The position numbers and the translations under genes were made by a program. A DNA stretch of 59,724 nucleotides, taken from contig JALAGF010004074.1 of the NCBI GenBank assembly GCA_030167865.1, forward strand, positions 62,001-121,724, given 5' to 3'. This DNA comes from Craspedostauros australis. Taxonomy: Eukaryota. Below the pieces are notes generated by a model. That model ran no database searches, had not been told where the DNA came from, and saw only the letters and a program-made list of their open reading frames with translations. Positions 22,805 through 31,987 of the stretch are shown piece by piece; the stretch's first letter is position 1, and each line of letters begins with the position of its first letter.

Positions 22805-24448
22805 TCACACGATGCCGACGATTGCCGGTGTCTGCAGCCCCTGCTGTTGTTGGTCTTCTGTCGCGGCAGATTTCTTCCCCAAAGAGTATCTTTCCCGTTT
22901 CGCCTTGCGTGCCTCCTCCGTGTTGTTCTCGCGCAAGGCTTGCCCTGCCTTGCGCCGAGCCGTCAGCTGCGGGACGACGTACCACCGTTGGGTGGCCTTG
23001 TCGAGCTCCAAGAACCTTCCTCCGCGCTGTTGGATGTTCTCGACCACCGATATGGCAATCTTGGTCTTTTGGTGCTTGTCGCTTTGGCGGTACGTCGTCT
23101 GGGTCTTTGTCACCAAGTCGCGGTAGATCTTGTTGCCGGGATGGTGGTTGGATCGGCCGCCGCGCCCGAACAAGACATCTTCGTCGGTGTAGGAGTCCAC
23201 GAACTCTTTGTCCTTCGGAATGACCTTGCGCAACCTGCGGCGCTTCTGGTTTCCTGCAGGCTGACCGGCAGGAGGCGATCGGGTTTTGGACTTTTGCGAT
23301 TGCTGGTATTCCGCCATCATCGCGTTGTTGACGGGCGTGGCTTGATTCGCGGCCTCGATGAGCGCAGGGGAGAGACCGAGCTGCTTCTTGTACACCTCGT
23401 TCCAATCCGTCTTGCTGTGACCGTTCGACGCAGTCCGAGGATTCGCAGTCATGGGCACCGCTGTTGCCACTGCCACTGGCGTCGCCAACACGGTCGTCGC
23501 GGATCGCTTCTTCGGTGGAAGGTTCTTGGACGTCTCGCCGCCGGCATGCTGGCGGATGGCTTGGTCGTTTTTCGATTTGAAGAAGTCGGCGTGCTCGTAG
23601 TTGACATCGACGTGGTCTTTGCCGTAATCCATCGTCCACTCCTTCGAGAGATGAGCGCGGCTCTTGGCATTCGCAGCAGCAGCAGCAGAACCTCCTGCGT
23701 TGGTTGCGGTGAGCACAGGTTTCGCCACGGGAACTCGCGCGGTGGTATCGGCGGCGCTACGTCCATCCGGCTTCTCCGAGTTCAAGGAGGGCGGATCGAT
23801 GCCCTCGACCGATTTGAAGAACTCGATCGACTTGAGTTCATCGAAGGAGCTGAAGAGCTTGGAATCCCTCCAGAAGTCGGTCGTCTTTGCCTGAGACTCG
23901 ATGGTCTGGGAGTTGATGTTGGAGACATCGCCTTCGAAGGTGGTGCTCACCAGGGAACCTGCCCTCGTTATGTAAGCGAACTTGGCGATGTCGTTGTCCT
24001 TGAGGAAGCTCACGAAGTCGGCGCTGTCGAATATCTTTGGCGCTGCAGCCTTCGCTGTGGAATCTGCTGTGCCGTTCGCTCCCTGCTGCGGTTGATGGGG
24101 AATGGCGTTGCTGCCTCTGGTGCTCACAGCGACCGCCGCTGCTGGCTTGGCCGCTCCCAGCTGGGCTGCGGGTTTGGCGGCCTCCTTCGGCGGCGATTGC
24201 GGCACCTTCGCAGTTCCTGTTGTAGTTGCTGTTGCAGTAGCAGTGGCGGTTGCGCCATCTTGCCGTTGCTTCTTCGAATCACCCTCGCGTTGGCCTTCGG
24301 TGCTTGCATTGCCCCCCATGGTCGCTGTGCGTGTATCAGCAGCGTTGGTCACAGGCTTCGCTTCTGGCACAGACACGGATGGCATGGTGTTTGCAAGTCT
24401 GCCTCCGACTTTTCGTTGTATTGGCAGCGACGATGCCTCACTTGCCAC
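22805..24448 (-). CDS. DUF6824 domain protein (copy 3)
   Basis: C-terminal EDVLFGRGGRSNHHPGNKIYR...KTKIAISVVENIQQRGGRFLELD...WY...ARRKAGQALRE, with a low-complexity N-region. Confidence 0.88.
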   Translation of the reverse strand: MASEASSLPIQRKVGGRLANTMPSVSVPEAKPVTNAADTRTATMGGNASTEGQREGDSKKQRQDGATATATATATTTGTAKVPQSPPKEAAKPAAQLGAAKPAAAVAVSTRGSNAIPHQPQQGANGTADSTAKAAAPKIFDSADFVSFLKDNDIAKFAYITRAGSLVSTTFEGDVSNINSQTIESQAKTTDFWRDSKLFSSFDELKSIEFFKSVEGIDPPSLNSEKPDGRSAADTTARVPVAKPVLTATNAGGSAAAAANAKSRAHLSKEWTMDYGKDHVDVNYEHADFFKSKNDQAIRQHAGGETSKNLPPKKRSATTVLATPVAVATAVPMTANPRTASNGHSKTDWNEVYKKQLGLSPALIEAANQATPVNNAMMAEYQQSQKSKTRSPPAGQPAGNQKRRRLRKVIPKDKEFVDSYTDEDVLFGRGGRSNHHPGNKIYRDLVTKTQTTYRQSDKHQKTKIAISVVENIQQRGGRFLELDKATQRWYVVPQLTARRKAGQALRENNTEEARKAKRERYSLGKKSAATEDQQQQGLQTPAIVGIV

Positions 24449-25663
24449 TTTGGTGCTCCTTCCTTCCTTCTCTTCCGCAGCAAACGTTGGTTGTCCAGAA
24501 TGTCGATCACGTGCGATCTACTGATTAACTCGTGCTCTCGTTTGTTTGTTCTTTCAAGTGATGAATGATGAGCCGATTGGTCGGAACGTTGGTGGACCCA
24601 GCCGTGCAACCAACGTGTGTGGGTGATTGCACGAGTTTGTTGTTGGTGTGTTGTCTTGGTTTGTTTTGTTTCTTGCGCCTTGTCTGGTTGTCGCGTTGCG
24701 TTTTGCGTGTTGTCTGAAGCGTCGCTTTGTGTGTTGGGCGATGTCTCGTGTTGTGGCACGGAGCGTTGGGTACAATCGTACCACCCTTTTGCAATCGTGC
24801 AACGACGACACATGGCAAAAAGCGAGGCGGAAGCGCCGAGTCGTGGTGCACTTCTTTCTTGTTCAACGCAAACGTGGAAATCGGCACTGTTGAGGAACAG
24901 ACGCGAGAACCACATGCAAACACGATCGGTTCGGTCGCATGAGTCATTCGTCCGTTGACATCGTCCGAAGAAATCGGGAATGCGAGGTCTGTGTGGTCCA
25001 TGTCGTAGTTGCGTCTTGTGAATGTCCGATCAACTCACAACACACACACTGTAATTGTAAGTATTGATGTAATTGCCGCTGCTTCCAATTTGATCGTACG
25101 ATTCGCTCGAATGAGTCGATGTCATCGCCGAAATCTGGAGCAGACGATTGTGCCGTTGCGAAACGCAGTTCGAAATGGTGATAAATCTGCCGAAGTTCGG
25201 AATGCGAGATGTGAGGCACTGCGCTCGTTGACCACCACGCGACGATCATGGCGCCAAAACGCAACGAAAGAAACGGCACAAGAGTGGAATAGAGCCAAAG
25301 CATCCACAACATCCAAACACAACGAAAGACACATCTTGCATCCAACCAACAGAGCGACCATTCTGCCAACAACGTGGGCTCCAAGCAACTGTCCAGCACA
25401 CTGAGCAGCAACAACAACGACAGCAGCAACGACAACGACGGACGTATAATATATAGAAGCGCGCCTTGTCAAATCCATTCAGGTTGGGCCCAACTTCCGA
25501 ACCCCAAAGAGTGCAAGAGGTCATCGCGTCTCTGCAAACAAGAGCTGTCCACGATCCATCCTCTCGTGCCAGACGAGCACTCGTCGCCTACCATCGCATC
25601 CGCTTCCTACCATCGCATCCGCTTGCGTGACAAGGAAGCAGATCGGTGGACCTGCTGCACAAG

Positions 25664-28600
25664 ATGACCCTTGCTGATGACATTGATGCGCAGGCCGTCG
25701 ATGCCACCTTCGGTGTTGGCCACGGATCCTTGTTTGCGCCGAGCGAGGACATGGGAGAGGGAGCCGACGACGATGGTGGACAATCATTCGTGTCTGCGCT
25801 GCTAGCGGCAGTCTTGGAAGCCGGAGACCCGTCGGAGCACCAGTTCCATCGCTTCATGCGCAAGCAGTTCTACTACAATGCAACCGACAGCTCCGACTTC
25901 ACATCAAACTACGTCCCGCCGAAAGATATCACGGTCAACGCCGTGTGGTTGGCGATCAAGCTCAATGCTTTGGCCTTCGTCTTCCTCATGGTGGTCTACG
26001 AGACCTTGCGTCGGGTCCTCCCAAATGTGTACAGCTCCAGAGTCAAGCGGCAGATGAAGGCGGGCATCACGAGCGACATCTTCGACGATAGTCTCGATGG
26101 CAAATCGCAGGAGGTTCACTTCGCCGATTCCTACGAGGATCGTGGCAACAAGGTCACCAACAGGCTGCGGGCCGCGTTGCCCAATGTCTACTCATCCAAC
26201 TTCTGGGTGCCCGCCGTGTACAGCGTCTCGTGGAATCAGGTGCGCCGCGTCGCCGGTCTCGATGCCTACTTCTTCCTGCGCTTCATCCGCATGAACTTGA
26301 GGATATGCGCCGTCACCTTCTTCTGGTCCGTGCTCATCCTCGTGCCAGCGTACGCCACCGGTGTGCACCAGAACAACGAGGTGGGATGGTACCATTACAG
26401 CGCAGCCAACGTCCACAAGGACAGCTGGCGCATGTGGGTCCCCAGCATCTTTGCCTACCTATTCAGCGCCTTCATCTTCTTCGTCATGAAGCAGGAGTAC
26501 AAGCATTACGTGGAACTGCGCATGGATTTCCTAGCGTCGGGATCGGACTACGTCATTCCGCAGCAGCATTACTCCATCAAGGTTGAGAGCATACCGTACG
26601 AACTGCGAAGCCAAAAGGCACTGTTCGATTACTTCAACCAACTCTTCCCTGGCAAGGTCTTCAGCGCCAGCGTCGTCCTCAATCTGCCCGATCTCGAAGG
26701 CTACAAAAATCGCTGTCTGCGCGTATGTCGAAGGCTGGAGAAGTCCATCGCCTTTCACCATGCCACTGGAACTCGCGCATCTCACACCGTCGGGCGCCCA
26801 AGAATGAGGATCTGCGGCATCGATCTCTCACCCTTCGATTGGCCCTTCTGGAAGAGGAAAAGGTACGTTCTATTCTGTTCTGCAATGCTGTGCTATGATA
26901 TGCTATGTATTTGTATTTGTATTTGTATTCGTGCCATGGCTGGTATATTACTTTCCACATTATTGTGAGCGTTGATTCGCAGAGTGGGTTGATGGGCAGA
27001 TCCGATGCTATCGTGCTGGTTGACCGACGATCTGCACATGCTCGTAATCCCAACGAGCAGGCGGCAAGAAGCACGAGCATGGCATGGCTGAACACTTTCG
27101 CTGCTGGCACCAAGTTGGGACGGCTGTGTCTTGGGAGAGATAAACTGAGAGGTCGACATCCAGAAGAAGCGAAAGACGCAATGTCCTGCTCACACCACCA
27201 CCCTTCATCGATCCTTGATCAACAATGCAACCAACCATACGTGTGTTGGTACATGTTGTCGACCTCTTGCTTTTCGCACAATCATGTTTGCGCACTGGAT
27301 ACCTATTCGCACGTATTACGTATGCAATCCATGCCAGCCCGATCGTGGTGGAGGGTCATCTGGATGACGACTTTCGGATACAAAGGGGCACCCATGTAGA
27401 CTCCATATCGTACTACGTCAACGACCTGGCTTCGAACAACAAGGCCATGTTCTTCATGCAGCAGCAAAAAGCACAGATCGCGATTACGGGAAACAAAGCC
27501 ACCGAGGCGGAAACGTGGCTGTCGCGGGCGCTGTCGGCAGCATATCGCGTGGCAGATCAAATCATGGTGGATTCCGTCGAAGACAACGGCTTGCGGGCGT
27601 ACCAGCGGTTCCACATGGCTTCATCTGGAACTATCCCGCAGGCCGAGAACATGACATCGCGCTACGGTAGCTTCGGCCCGCTGGCTGATCTCACTCCGGA
27701 CCCTCGCACGCTGCATCGGACCCTGCGGAGGTCGGAGGTTGCCATGCACGACGGCCGTGATCACAGCTCCATGTCTTTGTCCGAGGCAGCGGCGGTCGCA
27801 TCACAGGCGCCACCCATCACGCCAACGCCAACATCCAGCGACGAGGCCTTCGATCCGACCGTCACGAGGAAGCGACCGTCGGAGGAAGAGCTGCTTTCGT
27901 CACGCTCAGAGGCATCCGAGCGTATCTTCACAGAGAACGATTACGTCATTCCCGGATCGACGGGTCACAAGAACTACTTCCGCAAGCTGGCTGGGAGGAT
28001 GGGGTTGGACTTTCTGGTTGCCGGTTTCAAATTCTTCAACCATCAAATTGGTACGTTTATGTATGACTGGGTTCATTGATCTTGCCGCGGTCCGTGCGTA
28101 CCTGCGTGCGTACCTGTGTGCATTCGAAGCTGCCTAACTTACGATTGCAATGTTCCTTTCTTCCTAACGTTGCCTGTTCGCCACTGATCACATCCTCCCG
28201 TTTTGTTTGAATCGAAAATCGAATCGAAATCAAACTGGACATGATCGGCACACTCGCACTCACGCTCGCACTCACACTCATGTGCCTGCACTTGCATTCA
28301 CAGACCAAGCATTGGAGGGCGTGGTGGGAGCAACGATGTCGTCCACCGGTTTTGTCACGTTCCTTGACCTAACATCCGTCGCCACGGCAGCAACAGCCCC
28401 GCTGACGGCGAAGCCTCAAGTGTTGAACGTCTCAGTCGCACCAGAACCGCGCGACATCGTGTGGACGAATGCGCACATATCTTCGCGTAGCAGGGAGCGA
28501 CGTGAGCAGGTCGCGAACATGCTGCTTTCCATCGGTGTGGTCCTTTGGATCTTCCCCCTCACCGCGATTCAAGCCTTCGCCAACGCCGAGTACTTGGCAA

Positions 28601-29997
28601 GAATTCGGGGCATGGAATGGATCAAAACATTCGACGGTGGCCAGTTCTTCGACATGGCCAACGGCTACTTGCCCGTCGTGGCGTTGCTGATCTTGATCAG
28701 CATCCTCCCGGTACTCTTCCAGCTGATCGCAATCAAGTACGAACGCCGTGCAACATTTTCGGACGTTCAGAACTCAATAATGGGGCGGTACTTTTACTAT
28801 CAGGTCGTGAACATCTACGTATCCGTGACAGCTGGAACCATTTGGAATTCGCTGGCTGAAATCCTGGATCATCCATCATCGGTGCTGGAGCTTCTCGGAG
28901 AGTCGATGCCCACCATGGTGGGATACTTCGTGTCGCTACTGATGACGAAGATCCTGGCCGGCCTTCCGATCGTCTTCCTTCGCTTCGGTGCATTATCCCG
29001 CTTCCTGTTCCTTCGCACGTTATCATCGAAGGAGAAGCTGACGCAGCGAGAGATGGACGAGATCTACCGTCCAGAGAACGTCCAGTACGGGTGGGAATTC
29101 CCATCGCAGCTGCTGGTGATCATGATCGTCTTCACGTACGCCGTCATCTGTCCCGTGATCGTTCCATTCGGGATGCTGTATTTCTGCGGCTCCCTTCTGG
29201 TGTACAAGAAGCAAGTGCTCTATGTCTACCAGAGCGTGTACGAAAGTGGCGGTGCCATGTTCCCAACGGCGTTGCAAAGGACGCTGTTCGGCCTCGTGTG
29301 CGGTCAGTGCACCCTCATCGGGTACATGCTGACACGAGGGTGCTACTATCAGCCAGTGTTCCTTCTGCCTCTGCCCATGCTGACTGTCTGGGGAATGCAG
29401 TACTTTGACAAGCATTATGCAGGTAAGCTCGAATGCGATTGGTTGCGCAGCTCAGTGATTCTCACACATGTTGATGATGTATGAATGCCGTGTGAACTGA
29501 CACCAAGAGTTTTGCACTTGCCTTTTCTACTTGCTTTGAACGGGTGTGGGCGCCATGGGATGTGCATCGGTATCACCCACGGTCCTTGCACATTTGACGC
29601 GTGTGCACATATGATCTGCTTCACTGCATCGATGACACAAACCACCCGTTGCACACCAGAACCATCTACTACGCTGAGTTTGGAACGTGCTCGTGAGTAC
29701 GATCGAGTGAATGAGAAGATCGCCAAAGGTAAACTTCGTCCAGGCCTGCAGGATTTGAAGGCACCTGTGGACGACGTGCTGAACAAACATGCCGTGAACG
29801 GCATAGATGATCGCAGAGCGAAGTTCGACAAGGATGCGTACCAGCAGCCAGTGCTGACGCAAAAGTCGATGCTCCCGCGCTACTACCGCAAGGGTGTTCG
29901 TGATACCTTGACGGAGGATTGTCGCATCGCATTGAAAGAGGCTCAGAATTACACATTGATGTCGGACGATGGTCGAAGCCCTGGCATTGTGACGTGA
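25664..29997 (+). CDS. OSCA/TMEM63/CSC1-like calcium-permeable stress-gated channel
   Basis: Predicted exons 25664-26862, 27338-28050, 28304-29422 and 29660-29997, all GT-AG and frame-consistent. Motifs AGLDAYFFLRF, HYSIKVESIP, TGFVTF, APEPRDIVWTN, YAVICPVIVPFG and VYESGG. Confidence 0.92.
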
Positions 29998-31186
29998 GAG
30001 AGGTGATGATCAGAACAAACGAGGAACATGGCAATGAAACAAAAGACGAAGAAAGGAAAGGAAATGATTCGACGAAGAGCAGAATCCGTCTGCGGGGTCG
30101 CCTTCAAGACCAAGAGAAGAAGCAAGATGCTGGCTGGATCCGACGCTCCTTGTTGTGTGAATAGCCAACGATGTCGCTTTTTCTGCGCCAGCGGAACAGG
30201 AGAGAGTAATCCAACCACATCATGTCACATCACGTCACATGGTTTGAAACATGATCGCACCCATCGCGTTTCGGTGTGCTGCTTGGGATGGCGGAGATGA
30301 CGGGGCCTACTCTTGCGTATGGCATGGTGCATCAGCCAGTCCTCGATCGCCCCAGTTTGTTCAACAGCAGCATCTCGAACCACGAGAGAACGGGTGTGAT
30401 GAATGCCATCTCCGAGTATTCATTTCACTCTTTGCTATCAGTTACATCAACACATGTATTTTTAACGCTTCCTCCTCAGCGAGCCGAGTGCATATCCATA
30501 CTACGGACCCCAAACCTCGGGTTGGCTGGGCCTTAGCTCTCATCGTCTTTTCTCGCATCTGTTATTGACGCATCGAAATCATTTGAGACAATTTCCACCA
30601 CGTTCCACCGCCATCATCATCACCAAACGTCATGGGGGATAAATCGAGAAGTTGAGTTGCAGTTGTTCGTAGGTAATCAAGTAGCACAGCTTCCTCATTT
30701 GGGTTGACACTCCGACGTCCCATGTGCATCCCATATCATCCCTTCTCACAGTTCAGCGAGTGGGCAGTTGCAAGAAAAGAGCACTGCACATTGAACCGTT
30801 GAAGAATGACACGATCGTGGATGACCATGAGCACTGCGTGCGCCCAAGTCGCCGAACTTCACTCACAAGCCAAAGGTTGGCGCCCCTGCCCTGCCCTGTC
30901 CTGGCTGAACCTGATCAACTGCAATTCCGTTGCCTCTGATTCGTCCCTCCATACCATCCATACCATCCATTCGCCTATCCGCCTATTCGCATCCATATCT
31001 ACATCCGCACTTTGGCGGCTTCTTGCGGTGACCTCTGCGGTTGCAGTTCCACATGCACATGAGTGCATTCAAAATCCTCGCCATTGGAACATGGTTTGTG
31101 GAATAGACTCCCGAGTTCCATCGCGATTAATGCCTGCGTTGGCCGCCTTCACACCACCGCGTTTGATCGTTAATTTTGTCCCCGGT

Positions 31187-31432
31187 TTAGGACACGGTGC
31201 AGCAACCGTCTCCACCCGCCGACGAGCCGGCCGACGTATGGAAGAGGTTGGGACTCCCACCCTCCGTCAAGACGAAGCCATCCTTGACCTCCGCGGCAAC
31301 GACCGACGAGACGATCCTGGCGCAGCTCGCTGACGTCTTCTCGGCACCGCGCGCCTTCCGCAGCTTCTCGGTCATGATGCGGATCTCCGCCTCCAGCATC
31401 TGGAGCTCCGTCTCGCCGCCGTATTCTGCCAT
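31187..31432 (-). CDS. Putative heterotrimeric G-protein gamma subunit (81 aa, CaaX)
   Basis: Coiled-coil ELQMLEAEIRIMTEKLRK, then KTSASCARIV (G-gamma kvSxa motif), D-G-F-V and PNLF (DPL/NPF-like), and C-terminal CCTVS. Strong GC3 codon bias and a CA-rich leader upstream. Confidence 0.7.
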   Translation of the reverse strand: MAEYGGETELQMLEAEIRIMTEKLRKARGAEKTSASCARIVSSVVAAEVKDGFVLTEGGSPNLFHTSAGSSAGGDGCCTVS

Positions 31433-31987
31433 CGTGTCTGTCTGTTTGCTCTGCGTCGTTTGGTTTGGTTTGGTACGTCAAGCCCTTGTCTCTGCCTCTA
31501 TCGGTCTCTGGTCGTCCTCGTATTGTTGGTTGGGTGGTTGGATGGTTGGATGGTTGGATGTCTGTTCGCGCAACTGCCAAGCCAAAATTGTGTCGGAGGG
31601 TGTCTGGTCTTCTCTGTCTCGATCCCAGCGCCTGTCTCGGAGGTCTGCCTCTTTGGAGTAGTGGTGTTTGGGCATGTCCCCAACCCAAACACCCGTTCTT
31701 TGGCGGACTTCTTTTCGCCGTTGTGACTGTCACCATTCGGTTGAATCGGACATGACATTTTGGTGTCGCGAAAGTAATCGTCACATCAGTCTATTCACAT
31801 GTCTCTAGAGAGAAAGAGAGAGAGACGCACCCAACAAGACAAGTCCGGCCTTCTTCCATTAGTTTGGGATTGCATGCTAGCACCTCTGGCCCCAACTATT
31901 GTACAAGCAGACTCAGTGATATCTACAGCTGCACTATTGGTGATACAGATCATCATAGATCAATACATTGATTGCATAAACGCATGG

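Noticed and set aside
22796-24568. 590-aa plus-strand ORF antisense to DUF6824 copy 3 (similar cases: 3687-4781, 6791-7861, 43183-44127, 51658-52809)
   Set aside because: Shadow ORFs expected from GC3-biased coding on the opposite strand. No recognisable motifs and atypical composition.
26985-27240. Possible cassette exon inside OSCA intron 1
   Set aside because: The frame is open but there is no convincing donor site or OSCA-like sequence. Direct 26862/27338 splicing already restores the frame.
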